Origin: Thermoproteota archaeon
GTDB lineage: Archaea; Korarchaeota; Korarchaeia; Korarchaeales; Korarchaeaceae
Reading direction: 5' to 3'
Assembly (NCBI GenBank): GCA_027491915.1
Contig: JAOZGC010000002.1
Span: forward strand, 288,001 to 352,000
DNA: 64,000 nt
Below the pieces are notes generated by a model. That model was not told the origin of the DNA and made no database searches. It saw only the letters and a list, made by a program, of their open reading frames with translations. The position numbers and the translations under genes are program-made. Shown here in pieces: positions 1 through 9,589 of this stretch (positions are counted from its first letter, which is position 1; each line of letters begins with the position of its first letter).

Positions 1-1456
1 CTCCCCCCTGCTGATAGCCGCCGTCGTCCTCCTCCAGAGGAACGCCGTCTTGGGAATGATATCGATGAGCCTGGCCTACCTCGCCTACCTGGTCTACTTC
101 TCATACATGGAGTGGAGGTACGGATCTACCATCGGAAAGAGGGCCCTCGGCCTGGTGGTCCTGAGGGCGGACGATCTGGGTCCCATATCCATGGAGCAGG
201 CCGTCCTGAGGAACCTCTTCAGGCAGGCCGACGGGGCCCTCCTGGCCCTCCCCCTCCTGACCAGGGACGGGAGGAGGATCGGGGACGGGGCGGCCGGGAC
301 CTTCGTGGCCGACGCCTCAAAGGCCGAGCTGAGGGTCCCAACCCTCAGGGCGTACGAGGGCATGGTCGGCACCCCTCCCTTCCACCGCTCGGAGGACAAG
401 GCCGTGGTGAGGGCGCTCGCCGAGGAGCTCTCCGAGCACCCACCCGGGCTCGGCGACGAGGTCATCAGATCCCTGGCCGTGAGGCTGGCCCGGGGGGGAG
501 ACCCAGAGTCCGTCGTCCGCAGGGCGGTGGACCTCTTCGGCTGGCCCAGGGTCGACGAGAGGGCGGCCCTCCTCACGTACGCCGCCCTCTCCGGGGCCAT
601 AAGATTCAGGAGGGAGACCAGGTGGGAGAGGACTGAGAGGATCTACAGGAGGGCCGCCGAGCTGGCCTACGACCTGGACGCCAGGAGGTCCCTCTCGGCC
701 AGGGCCTCACTGGTCGGCGGGATGAGGGCCTACCGGGGAGATCGGCGCCTGTCCCTGGGAGGGGCGGCGCGGTACCTGAGGGGGGCGCCCCGGGCCTTCA
801 GGAGATTCTCAATCGACTTCGGGCTGGCGGCGCTTGTCCTCCTGATGTCCGCGGCCGCGGGAACCTCCGGATTGGGCGCCGGATTCGTAGACCTCCTGAG
901 GGATATACTCGGACCCCTAGGGGAGGTCGAAGCCCCCCCTCCGGTCCTGGCCTTCCTGATCTACCTGAACAACCTGAGGGTGTCTCTGACGTCCCTGTCC
1001 ATGGGTCCGGCGGTCTACCCCATCCTCCTGCTGCTCGGGGTGAACGGGTTCGTGATCGGGGCGTTCGCCGCCCACTTCGCCGTCGGCGGGGCGTCGGCCG
1101 TGCCCTACCTGGCTCCTCACGGGTTCTTGGAGGTTTCATCCATCCTCCTAGCCTCCGCGGGGTCGATCAGGATGGCCAGACATGCCCTAATGCCGCCGAG
1201 GGGTTCGTCTCGATACGAGGCCCTCAGGCGCGACGCCCCGGACGCCCTCAGCCTGGCCGTCGCCGCCGCCGCGTGGCTCGCGCCTGCCGCCCTAGTAGAG
1301 GCCTTCGTCACAGAGGGGCTGGCCTCGTCCAACCCGACGGCGGCGGTGACCCTCGGGCTCATTCTAACAATTCCATTCTACGCCTGGCTCGCGTTGGGCG
1401 GGAGGTCGAAGTCCGATGAGACCGTGGGAGAGGGTGCTCAGGGATCCCAGGTCTGA
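1..1456 (+). CDS. RDD domain + stage II sporulation protein M (SpoIIM)-like membrane protein fusion, probably 5'-truncated by the window edge
   Basis: N-terminal RDD signature (YF..MEWRYGSTIGKRALGLVV...A.LRNLFR..D...RRIGDGAAGTFV); C-terminal SpoIIM signature (IYLNNLRV...NGFVIG...PHGFLE...AALVEAFVT). The frame appears open upstream of 50. Confidence 0.75.
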   Translation, partial: SPLLIAAVVLLQRNAVLGMISMSLAYLAYLVYFSYMEWRYGSTIGKRALGLVVLRADDLGPISMEQAVLRNLFRQADGALLALPLLTRDGRRIGDGAAGTFVADASKAELRVPTLRAYEGMVGTPPFHRSEDKAVVRALAEELSEHPPGLGDEVIRSLAVRLARGGDPESVVRRAVDLFGWPRVDERAALLTYAALSGAIRFRRETRWERTERIYRRAAELAYDLDARRSLSARASLVGGMRAYRGDRRLSLGGAARYLRGAPRAFRRFSIDFGLAALVLLMSAAAGTSGLGAGFVDLLRDILGPLGEVEAPPPVLAFLIYLNNLRVSLTSLSMGPAVYPILLLLGVNGFVIGAFAAHFAVGGASAVPYLAPHGFLEVSSILLASAGSIRMARHALMPPRGSSRYEALRRDAPDALSLAVAAAAWLAPAALVEAFVTEGLASSNPTAAVTLGLILTIPFYAWLALGGRSKSDETVGEGAQGSQV

Positions 1457-2261
1457 GCTCTCTCCGGACGACGTGAGCTCCATACTGGATGAGGCGAGGG
1501 GCGTCCTGTCCGGGGATCCCGCGCACCTGGAGCTCGAATCTGAGATCCTCGTCGTGGGGGACACCCACGGGGACCTGGCGTCGTCCCTCTCGGCCGCGAG
1601 GGTGGCCGAGGAGAGGGGTCTTCCCCTGCTCTTCCTGGGAGACTACATCGACAGGGGTCCGGAGCAGCTCGAGAACCTCGTGTACGTACTGTCCCTCAAG
1701 TTGAGCCGCCCGGACGGGGTGTTCCTGCTCAGGGGGAACCACGAGGCAGCCGAGCCCAACGCCTGGTACGGGTTCCTTTCCGTCGTCGAGGCCCGTCTCG
1801 GGGTGGAGGCCTACCGGGACTTCCTGGGCCTGTACTCCGAGCTGCCCCTGACGGCTGTGCTGGGAGGGGAGATCCTGGCCGTCCATGGGGGGATACCCGC
1901 CGGAGTCGAGAGCTACAACCGAGTACGAAAGCTGGATAAATTCGGTCCCGATCCTGAGGATCCCATGGAAATCCAGCTGCTGTGGAACGATCCCTCGGAG
2001 TCGGTCGATTGGTTCGCCCCCAGCCCGAGGGGACCGGGGATCTTCCTGTTCGGTCGGGCGGCGGCGGAAGAGTTCCTGTCGTCGTCCGGGCTCAAGATGT
2101 TGATCAGGGGGCACGAGTTCGTTGATTCCGGGATGAGGCTCTCCCTGGGCGGGTTGGTCGCGACCGTTTTCAGCTGCAGGTACTACGGGGGCGAGCCGGC
2201 CGCCGCCGAGATGTCCGAGGGCGGCCGGATCAGGGTCATCCCCCTGAACCTGCCTCAGTAG
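1416..2261 (+). CDS. PPP-family serine/threonine protein phosphatase (calcineurin-like metallophosphoesterase)
   Basis: GDTHG, GDYIDRG, LRGNHE, HGG, LLWNDP, SPRGPG, IRGHE and TVFS motifs of PP1/PP2A-type phosphatases. Confidence 0.9.
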   Translation: MRPWERVLRDPRSELSPDDVSSILDEARGVLSGDPAHLELESEILVVGDTHGDLASSLSAARVAEERGLPLLFLGDYIDRGPEQLENLVYVLSLKLSRPDGVFLLRGNHEAAEPNAWYGFLSVVEARLGVEAYRDFLGLYSELPLTAVLGGEILAVHGGIPAGVESYNRVRKLDKFGPDPEDPMEIQLLWNDPSESVDWFAPSPRGPGIFLFGRAAAEEFLSSSGLKMLIRGHEFVDSGMRLSLGGLVATVFSCRYYGGEPAAAEMSEGGRIRVIPLNLPQ

Positions 2262-2941
2262 TAGTAGAAGTCATACAGCCACTCCACCCTCCGGCGCCTC
2301 CTGGCCCTCCACCTGTACCTCCTGGATATCACCGCCCCGGCGACGAACCCCCCGACGTGGGCCCAGTACGCCACCCCCCCGGCCCCGCCGGATATCAGGC
2401 CCACTATGACCTGCCAGACGAACCAGAATCCTATGTAGTAGAGGGCCGACACCTTGACCACCTGCCAGATGTATCCCATCAGCACGACGGTCTCTATTCT
2501 CGCCTCCGGGTAGAATATCATGTAGGCCGCCAGCACGCCGCTTATCGCCCCGGAGGCCCCTATGGCGGGCACGGTCGATCCCCAGGAGAACGCCAGGTGG
2601 GTTAGGGATGCCCCGATCCCGGACACCAGGTAGAACGTCAGGTATCTGAGCCTTCCGAGGGCGGCCTCCACGTTGTCCCCGAATATGTACAGGTAGAGCA
2701 TGTTTCCCATTATGTGGGCCCACCCTCCGTGCAGGAACATGGAGGTGAACATCCTCAGGAGTCCGTCCGCCGGGTCGCTCACGAGGATCGCCGGGATGAA
2801 ACCGTAGTTGAGGACTATCCTCTCGAACCTCCCCGGGCTGCCGGCTATCTGCCAGAAGAACACCAGGAAGTTGATTCCTATGAGGGAATAGGTGACGACC
2901 GGAGTGATGCCGCTCGGGTTCTCGTCTCTTATCGGGAGCAC
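2255..2941 (-). CDS. Rhomboid family intramembrane serine protease
   Basis: SMFLHGG..H..GNM, GASGA (catalytic Ser), AYWAHVGGF (catalytic His); multiple TM segments. Confidence 0.93.
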   Translation of the reverse strand: MLPIRDENPSGITPVVTYSLIGINFLVFFWQIAGSPGRFERIVLNYGFIPAILVSDPADGLLRMFTSMFLHGGWAHIMGNMLYLYIFGDNVEAALGRLRYLTFYLVSGIGASLTHLAFSWGSTVPAIGASGAISGVLAAYMIFYPEARIETVVLMGYIWQVVKVSALYYIGFWFVWQVIVGLISGGAGGVAYWAHVGGFVAGAVISRRYRWRARRRRRVEWLYDFYYY

Positions 2942-2945
2942 GCCG

Positions 2946-3446
2946 TCACCTCCCCCCTCTCCCCGTCAGGATCCTCCCCTCGGGGTCTATCTCCCCCATC
3001 CTTATCCTGGAGGAGGATATGGGCCTCCCGTCGTCGGCCAAGATCGTGGGGATGACCACTATCGGCAGCTGGGCCCTCCCGCTCTTCGCCCTCTCCTCGT
3101 TGACCAGCAGTGCCCCTGGGTACGTCTCCTCGGAGGCCACTATGGCCTCGGCCCGATCGTCCTCCGAGGCAGGACCTACCGGGTCGGTTATCCTCGCGAT
3201 CTCGAATCTCACCCCGAGCCCACTCAGGTAATCCCCCAGGATCTTCCTCCTCTCCTCGAAGGACGCGATCTTCTCCCTCCCCCTCTTACCCGCCAGCAGC
3301 GGACCGTCCGCCAGGCCGACGAATATCTCCTCTGATATGGCGGCGGCGGTCTTCAGCAGGATCTTGTGACCCTTGTGGAGCCTGTCGAAGGTCCCCCCAA
3401 CGATCACCCTCCTAAAAGGCTTAGAACAAGTTTTTTCAGTTCCCAC
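2946..3446 (-). CDS. coaD: Phosphopantetheine adenylyltransferase (archaeal/eukaryotic type)
   Basis: GGTFDRLHKGH (HxGH), SEET, ISSSRIR.GEID.EG. Confidence 0.9.
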   Translation of the reverse strand: MGTEKTCSKPFRRVIVGGTFDRLHKGHKILLKTAAAISEEIFVGLADGPLLAGKRGREKIASFEERRKILGDYLSGLGVRFEIARITDPVGPASEDDRAEAIVASEETYPGALLVNEERAKSGRAQLPIVVIPTILADDGRPISSSRIRMGEIDPEGRILTGRGGR

Positions 3447-4072
3447 GCGTTAGACACCTCCCCGTCTGGGGCAGACCTCGACTTCCTCGGGGCGTTCCTG
3501 CCGGAGAGAAACCTGATAGCCTTAATTCCGACCTCCTTTGCCCCATCCACTCCCTCCGGCCTCGCCGACACATATATAACCCTGTCCGCGGGGACCCCGA
3601 GCTCGTCCACGATCCGGGCCAACCTCTCCGAATCCCCCCCGCCGAACCAGGCCATCTCAAATAGGTGATGGAGGCCCAGCCTGATTATCTTCTCCCAGTC
3701 CTTTATTGGGAGACCCGGGGTGGAGACCGCGGTCCCAACCCCCCTCTCCCTGAGCGATAGGAGTAGATCGAATATTCCCGGTTTTGGCCTCAGGAAGGCC
3801 CTCTTCGTATCGTGGTAGGCCACCACGCCGGCTGCTATCACCCTAGGATCCTCCCTGAGTCCGAGCCTGCTCAGGGTCACGTCCAGGTGCCTGGGATAAT
3901 CCTCTCCAAATTCCGAGACCACCTCGGTGAGCTTCCCCATCACCGTGTCAAAGTCCAGGGGCAGGCCAGCCTCTATCATGGCTAGGACAGCGTTCTCCCT
4001 GGCCGTCTCCTTGAGAGAGGTCGCGTCGTACAGGACGTCGTCCACGTCAAATATCGTCCACCAGCTCCTCAT
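3404..4072 (-). CDS. HAD-superfamily hydrolase (archaeal TIGR02253-like)
   Basis: FDVDDVLYD motif I; A..AMIEAGL and AAGVVAYH.TK cap motifs; later motifs degenerate. Confidence 0.8.
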   Translation of the reverse strand: MRSWWTIFDVDDVLYDATSLKETARENAVLAMIEAGLPLDFDTVMGKLTEVVSEFGEDYPRHLDVTLSRLGLREDPRVIAAGVVAYHDTKRAFLRPKPGIFDLLLSLRERGVGTAVSTPGLPIKDWEKIIRLGLHHLFEMAWFGGGDSERLARIVDELGVPADRVIYVSARPEGVDGAKEVGIKAIRFLSGRNAPRKSRSAPDGEVSNAWELKKLVLSLLGG

Positions 4073-5084
4073 CCACCATCACCCTCAACCCCAGCGACGA
4101 GTCCGGATCGACTCCCCTCTCCAGCGCCAGGCGGATGGCGAGCTCCGCCAGGGGGATGTAGTGGACCACCCCGGCGATGAGGTCGTCCCCAACCCTGGGC
4201 GTCGGGATGTCTCCCCCGGGACCCACCCTGACCACCGGGGATCCGTACCTGTCGGCCGCCGACTGAACCTCCCCACCCACCTCTCCCACCAGTATCAAGG
4301 GGGTCTCGGGTCCGAGGAGCCTGTACGGGCCCGTCATGAACTCCCTCATCGAGTATCCCCTGAAGAAAACCCTCCCTGCCTGGGAGATGAGGTGGGACCC
4401 CTCCAGCGCGGCGGGGACGGTGGCCCCCCCTCCCACGACAAATCCCACGTGGTATGGCCTGAGCTCCCCGGCCCAATCCGCTGACGCGACCTCCGCCATG
4501 GAGACAGCCTCGTCCGCCGTCCGTGGAAACCTGGAGATCTCCCTCTCCAGACTCGGTATCGGGGGTTCTTCCCTGACCTCCCTCACCTTGTACGCGAGCA
4601 AGATGCCCACCAGAGACTCGGCCGGGAAATTGGAGGGGAAGCCGCCCCCGGGCGCGGCCGTGAGGAGCGCGGCGTCGGAGGACCTGTGCAGGGTGCTTCC
4701 CGGCGAGTCTATCACCGATATCACCGGAGACGAGGGCAGGCGCCTCCTGAACTCCATCACCGCGTCCATCTCATCCTCCCCGGTGGTGGAGAACACCACC
4801 AGCGCCGACGGCCTGGGCCTCTCCGGGAGCCAACCCGGGAGCTCCTCTATGGGGGAGGCCACCACCTCCCCCCCGGACAGCCTCACCATGCCCATCCTGA
4901 ACAGCAGGGAGGATCTGTACCCCGTCCCCATGCCGGCCGAGTAGACGAACCTCCCCACCAATCTCTCTGCGGCGTACCGGGCGGGCTCCTCCGCACCGCC
5001 GAGCGTCCTCTCGAGCGTCGACGGGAGGCGCCTCAGGTCCCTGACCGCCAGCTCGCCGGGCAACGAAAGATCCAGGCAGCCCAC
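4047..5084 (-). CDS. SIS-domain protein (GlmS C-terminal/FrlB-like sugar-phosphate isomerase or deglycase) without glutaminase domain
   Basis: Two SIS repeats: GMGTGY, STTGE, SPGSTL, A.EGS..., E.MTGP, LALERGVDPD. Confidence 0.7.
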   Translation of the reverse strand: MGCLDLSLPGELAVRDLRRLPSTLERTLGGAEEPARYAAERLVGRFVYSAGMGTGYRSSLLFRMGMVRLSGGEVVASPIEELPGWLPERPRPSALVVFSTTGEDEMDAVMEFRRRLPSSPVISVIDSPGSTLHRSSDAALLTAAPGGGFPSNFPAESLVGILLAYKVREVREEPPIPSLEREISRFPRTADEAVSMAEVASADWAGELRPYHVGFVVGGGATVPAALEGSHLISQAGRVFFRGYSMREFMTGPYRLLGPETPLILVGEVGGEVQSAADRYGSPVVRVGPGGDIPTPRVGDDLIAGVVHYIPLAELAIRLALERGVDPDSSLGLRVMVDEELVDDI

Positions 5085-5161
5085 CCGCCCACCTAATTAA
5101 TGTGCCGGAGCGACACCGATTATAACGACCCGCCGCCCGCCCCTCCCAGGAGGTTCGCCGC

Positions 5162-6364
5162 TTGTCTGATGAGGGCCGTCCGAGGACCGTCAGGGACATC
5201 CTCCTCGAGATGAAGGACGCCTCGGAGACGGCGGTCAGCCTATCCTACGCGGCCCTCATGTTCAGCGACGAGGAGATAGCAGAAGAGGTGCTCGAGCTGG
5301 AGAACAGACTCGACGAGCTCAGGTACGAACTATCCGTCAGGACCATCCTGGCCGGGAGGACCCTGGAAGACGCTAGGGAGCTGGCCGCCGTGCTGGAGAT
5401 AGGGAGCGCCGCGGACGAGATAAGCGACGCGGTCGGCGACCTGGCGAAGCTCGTGAAGAGGGGGTACCCCCTCCACCCCTCGCTGCTGGAGGCCTTCTGG
5501 GAATCAGACGAGGTTCAGGGGATAGTCAAGGTCGTGGACGGCTCTCCGCTGGCCGGGATGAGAATCTCCGACCTCAGGGATCCCAGCGCGCTGGCCGGGT
5601 GCGATCTCCTGGGGATCAAGAGGGGCGGGAGGTGGATCTTCAACCCCCCGGAGGACGGGAGCCTGAGGCCCGGTGACGTGCTCCTCTTGGAGGGAACCAG
5701 GGAGGGGCTGATGGCCGTCAAGGGACTCTCGGGTAGGTCCGGACCAGTCCAGACAGTCCCCCCCCAGCGGGGGGCCGGGGAGGCCGCGAGGTTGGTGGAA
5801 CTGATAAAGGCCCTCAAGTCCCTCTCCGAGCTCATGGTCTACCTGGCGTACGCGGCCATCCTGCTGAACAACCAGGGCATGGCCTACGAGATATCGAAGC
5901 TGGAGGACGAGGTGGACGACCTGCACGAGATCTTCCAGGGGGAGGTCCTCTCCAGCCTGGTCGGTAGGGCGGAGATAAGGGAGATAATAGGGCTGCTGAG
6001 GGCCGGATCTTCGGCGGAGAGGATCGGGGACGCGGCCAACAGGATGGCGTCCGTGGTAGAGAGGGGCATCCCCACCCACCCCGTGCTGGCGGACGTCGTA
6101 GAGAGGAGCGGGGAGACCATAGTCAGGCTGGAGATACCCGAGGGGAGTCCGGCCGCAGACCGGCCCATAGGAGAGCTCAACCTAGAGGAATCGACCGGCA
6201 TGGAGGTTCTGGCTATAAAGAGGGGGATCAGGTGGATATACGATCCCAAGGACTCCGTCAGGCTGAGGGCGGGAGACGTGGTCCTGTTGCTGGGGTCTCC
6301 CTATGGGGAGAGGGCGGCCGAGGAGGTCCTGGGTATCGGGAGGAGAGGAGGTCGATCCGATTGA
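5162..6364 (+). CDS. Duplicated PhoU + TrkA-C domain protein (putative ion-transport regulator)
   Basis: Two repeats of EMKD.SE....L.YAA..F...EIA.EV..LE followed by TrkA-C (GSP.A...LAIKRG.RWI..P....L..GDV). Confidence 0.85.
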   Translation: MSDEGRPRTVRDILLEMKDASETAVSLSYAALMFSDEEIAEEVLELENRLDELRYELSVRTILAGRTLEDARELAAVLEIGSAADEISDAVGDLAKLVKRGYPLHPSLLEAFWESDEVQGIVKVVDGSPLAGMRISDLRDPSALAGCDLLGIKRGGRWIFNPPEDGSLRPGDVLLLEGTREGLMAVKGLSGRSGPVQTVPPQRGAGEAARLVELIKALKSLSELMVYLAYAAILLNNQGMAYEISKLEDEVDDLHEIFQGEVLSSLVGRAEIREIIGLLRAGSSAERIGDAANRMASVVERGIPTHPVLADVVERSGETIVRLEIPEGSPAADRPIGELNLEESTGMEVLAIKRGIRWIYDPKDSVRLRAGDVVLLLGSPYGERAAEEVLGIGRRGGRSD

Positions 6365-7803
6365 CCGAGCTGAGGCTGACCGCCCCCCTGTCCTGGCTAG
6401 ACGGGGTGGACCCGAGGACCGGCAGGATAACCCAACCCGATCACCCCCAGAGGGGAGAGTCCATAGCCGGCCGGATCCTGAGGCTGCCCGGCTCCGTCGG
6501 GTCGACCGTGGGGGCCTACACCTTCTTCAAGCTGAGGAGGATGGGGACGGCCCCCTCGGCCATAGTGCTGGAGAGGCCGGACAGCATAACGGTGAGCGCC
6601 GAGATGGCCGGGATACCGGTCAAGGTGCTCGGAGCCCAGACCAATCCCGAACTGGACCTGGAGGGGGTCCCCGATCGTGTCAGGCGCTTCCTCGAGAGGG
6701 AGGCCTCCGCCTCCGGCGCGGAGGAATTCGCCCGGGTTCGCTCCGTCCACATATCCGGGATATCCTACTGGACAATAGGCGAGGCCGGACTGGACTTCCT
6801 GGAGGGGATGGCGCGGGAGGCCAGCTTCAGGGTCCCGGCCACCCTGAACCCAGCTGGCATGGACCTCTCCCGATGGGCGGACATGGGGGTTCCTGAGGGG
6901 TTCGCCGAGAGGCAGCTCAGGATAGTGGAGGCGCTGGTGAGGATGGGCGCGATACCGACGCTCACCTGCACCCCTTACCTGGCAGGGAACCTCCCTAGGT
7001 TCGGCGAGCACGTCTGCTGGGGCGAGTCCAGCGCGGTCGCCTTCGCCAACAGCGTCTTGGGCGCCCGGACCAACAGGGAGGGTGGGGTGAAGGCCGTGGC
7101 GGCCGCGGTGGCCGGGGTTACCCCCCTCTACGGCCTCCACCTGAGGGAGAACAGGTCGCCAGACCTCGAGGTGGAGGCGACTGCCCGGGTCTCCGGGAGA
7201 ACTAGGTTCTCAGAGCTGGGATACCTGGTGGGATCCCTTAGCCCCAGCGCCGTCCCGGTCTACAGGGGACTGGGATCTCCCTCCGCGGACGAGCTCAAGT
7301 CCCTCGGCGCCGGAGGGGCGGCCTCGGGGGGGATATCCATCTTCCACGTCCCGGGGGTGACGCCCGAGTCGCCTCGGCCCCGGGAGGGGGCGGACCGGGT
7401 GACGGTCGTTGACGACGATCTGGACGACGTCGAGGAGAGCCTGTCTACGACCGGATCTGAGCCGGACCTGGTCGCTATCGGCTGCCCCCACCTCTCGCCC
7501 CTGGAGATCCTCGAGGTGGCCACCCTCCTTGAGGGGAGGCGGGCGGCCGTCCCCTTCTGGCTGTTCACCTCCAGGGCCGCGCGGGCCCAGCTCCCTAATT
7601 GGGTGGAGCCCGCGCTCAGGAGGGCCGGGGCTGACCTGTTCGTGGACACCTGCATGGTGGTCGCCCCCCTGAGGGAGGCCGGCCACCGGGTCGTGGCCAC
7701 GGACTCGGCCAAGGCGGCCAAGTACCTGCGGACGCTCGGCGGACTGGAAGTCGTGCTGGCCCCCCTCGATAGGCTGATCTCCGAGTACACCTCACCCGCC
7801 TGA
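6361..7803 (+). CDS. Aconitase X, fused swivel (small) and catalytic (large) subunits; likely phosphomevalonate dehydratase
   Basis: N-terminal swivel motif (LSWLDGVDP.TG.I....HP..GESIAGRIL..PG..GSTVG); catalytic motifs H.SG.SY, TLNP, CTPY, WGESSA..FANSVLGARTNREG, GCPH, DTCMVV, TDSAKAA.Y. TTG start at 6361 overlaps the upstream stop and follows GGAGG. Confidence 0.85.
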   Translation: MTELRLTAPLSWLDGVDPRTGRITQPDHPQRGESIAGRILRLPGSVGSTVGAYTFFKLRRMGTAPSAIVLERPDSITVSAEMAGIPVKVLGAQTNPELDLEGVPDRVRRFLEREASASGAEEFARVRSVHISGISYWTIGEAGLDFLEGMAREASFRVPATLNPAGMDLSRWADMGVPEGFAERQLRIVEALVRMGAIPTLTCTPYLAGNLPRFGEHVCWGESSAVAFANSVLGARTNREGGVKAVAAAVAGVTPLYGLHLRENRSPDLEVEATARVSGRTRFSELGYLVGSLSPSAVPVYRGLGSPSADELKSLGAGGAASGGISIFHVPGVTPESPRPREGADRVTVVDDDLDDVEESLSTTGSEPDLVAIGCPHLSPLEILEVATLLEGRRAAVPFWLFTSRAARAQLPNWVEPALRRAGADLFVDTCMVVAPLREAGHRVVATDSAKAAKYLRTLGGLEVVLAPLDRLISEYTSPA

Positions 7804-7805
7804 TC

Positions 7806-9089
7806 TCAGATTCCGAGGACCTGGGCGTACCCCTCAAGGTCGAGCAGCCCGTGTCCAGAGTAGTTGAACACTATGACCCTCTCCTCACCCTCCTCTTTGG
7901 CCCTCAGGGCCTCGTCTATGGCCGCCTTAACGGCGTGCGACGTCTCGGGGGCCGGTATTAAGCCCTCAGTCTCGGCGAACAGCCTGGCCGCCCGGAACAC
8001 CTCGTCCTGCGGGTAGGCCACCGACTCCACCACCCCCTTGGCCTTCAGCAGGGAGACCGTCGGCGCAGCCCCGTGGTACCTCAGCCCCCCGGCGTGTATC
8101 GGGGGTGGGACGAAGTCCGATCCCAGGGTGAACATCTTCAACAGGGGGGTGGTCTTGGCCGAGTCCCCGAAGTCGTACCTGTACTCCCCCCCGGTCATGG
8201 ACGGACAGGCCTCGGGCTCCGCCGCCAAGAACCTGACCCCCCTCATCTCCCCCCTCAACACCTTCCCCACGGCCGGGAAGGTGAAACCGGCGAAGTTGCT
8301 CCCTCCCCCGACGCACCCTATCATGACGTCCGGCTTCTCGCCCACCTCCTCCAGCTGGGCCAGCACCTCCTGGCCTATGACCGTCTGGTGCAGGAGGACG
8401 TGGTTGAGCACGCTTCCCAGGGCATATTTCGTCGATTCCCTGGTCACCGCCGCCTCGACCGCCTCGCTTATCGCTATCCCCAGGGATCCGGGGTGGTTTG
8501 GGTCCTCCTCCAGGAATCTCCTCCCAACGCGAGTCAGTTCGCTCGGCGACGGGACGACCTCCGCCCCGTAGAGCCTCATGACGTACTTCCTGTAGGGCTT
8601 CTGCTGATAGGAGACCCTGACCATGAAAACCAGCACCCTCCTGTCCGTCATCGCCCCCGCGTAGGACAGGGCGGATCCCCACTGCCCGGCGCCCGTCTCC
8701 GTCGTCAGGGTCTCGGTCCCCTCCTCGGCCGCGTAGTAGGCCTGGGCCAGGGCGGTGTTGAGCTTGTGGCTCCCGGTCGGCGTCACGTCCTCCCTCTTGT
8801 AGTAGATCCTGGCGGGGGTCTTGAGGTACCTCTCGAGCCTCTCGGCGCGGTAGAGCGGGGTGGGCCTCCCTATCCTCTCGTACATCTCCCTGACCTCTTC
8901 CGGGATCTCCACCCACCTCTCCCTAGAGAACTCCTGCCTTACGCACTCCCTGGCGAAGAGGGGTTCGAGATCCACCTCCCTCACCGGCTCTCCGGTCTCG
9001 GGATTCTTCATGGGCGGGAGATCGGGCAGGTCGGCCAGGATGTTGTACCACCGCCTCGGGATGGCGCTCACGTCCAGATCGATCCTCAA
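7806..9089 (-). CDS. trpB2: Tryptophan synthase beta chain type 2 (TrpB2)
   Basis: WYNI.ADLP, GRPTPL.RA, SHKLNTA (PLP Lys), [43 protein letters not shown]. Confidence 0.95.
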   Translation of the reverse strand: MRIDLDVSAIPRRWYNILADLPDLPPMKNPETGEPVREVDLEPLFARECVRQEFSRERWVEIPEEVREMYERIGRPTPLYRAERLERYLKTPARIYYKREDVTPTGSHKLNTALAQAYYAAEEGTETLTTETGAGQWGSALSYAGAMTDRRVLVFMVRVSYQQKPYRKYVMRLYGAEVVPSPSELTRVGRRFLEEDPNHPGSLGIAISEAVEAAVTRESTKYALGSVLNHVLLHQTVIGQEVLAQLEEVGEKPDVMIGCVGGGSNFAGFTFPAVGKVLRGEMRGVRFLAAEPEACPSMTGGEYRYDFGDSAKTTPLLKMFTLGSDFVPPPIHAGGLRYHGAAPTVSLLKAKGVVESVAYPQDEVFRAARLFAETEGLIPAPETSHAVKAAIDEALRAKEEGEERVIVFNYSGHGLLDLEGYAQVLGI

Positions 9090-9589
9090 TCCGACTCACC
9101 TCCTCCAACACCAACCAGATCCGATATGCGGACCCTCACGTCCGGGGGATCGAAGTCCAGCACGTGCCTGGTGGTCTTCGGGGGGAACAGCTCCCCCCTG
9201 GCGGACCTCCTCAGCACCTCCCCCCTCGACACCGGGATCTCGCTGCGTCTCGGGTACAGCTCCAGCCTCTCCGACTCGTAAGGTATGAGCACCGCCGGTA
9301 TGAGCCTGGCCCCCATGGATCTCAGCGCGGCCAGCCTGTGATGTCCGTCGAGGACGGTTCCGGTGCTCCTCTCAACCAGTATCGGCCTGAACAGAACCCC
9401 GTCCTCCGCTATGCTCTCCCTCAACTTCTCCAGCCTGTCGATCGAGATCATCTCGTGGGGCCGCAGGAGATCCGCGTCGACGAAGGAGACGGAGATCCCA
9501 TCTCCGAGGTCGATCCTCCGGGGGAGAGGGTACCCGGATCCCACCCTCCGGGGGAAGACCGCCTCACGGGGAGAACCAAAGTAAACCAC
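9086..9589 (-). CDS. ParB/Srx-fold protein, SerK-like free-serine kinase (short form); start uncertain (9544/9589/9646)
   Basis: LRPHE, PILV, LDGHHR.AAL..MGA...P and C-terminal [13 protein letters not shown], matching the SerK/SbnI motif set as I recall it. Confidence 0.75.
   Translation of the reverse strand: MVYFGSPREAVFPRRVGSGYPLPRRIDLGDGISVSFVDADLLRPHEMISIDRLEKLRESIAEDGVLFRPILVERSTGTVLDGHHRLAALRSMGARLIPAVLIPYESERLELYPRRSEIPVSRGEVLRRSARGELFPPKTTRHVLDFDPPDVRVRISDLVGVGGGESD

Noticed and set aside
9086-9589. ParB as a chromosome-partition or plasmid marker
   Set aside because: There is no HTH/dimerisation domain and no ParA nearby; the PKTTRH tail points to the SerK family.
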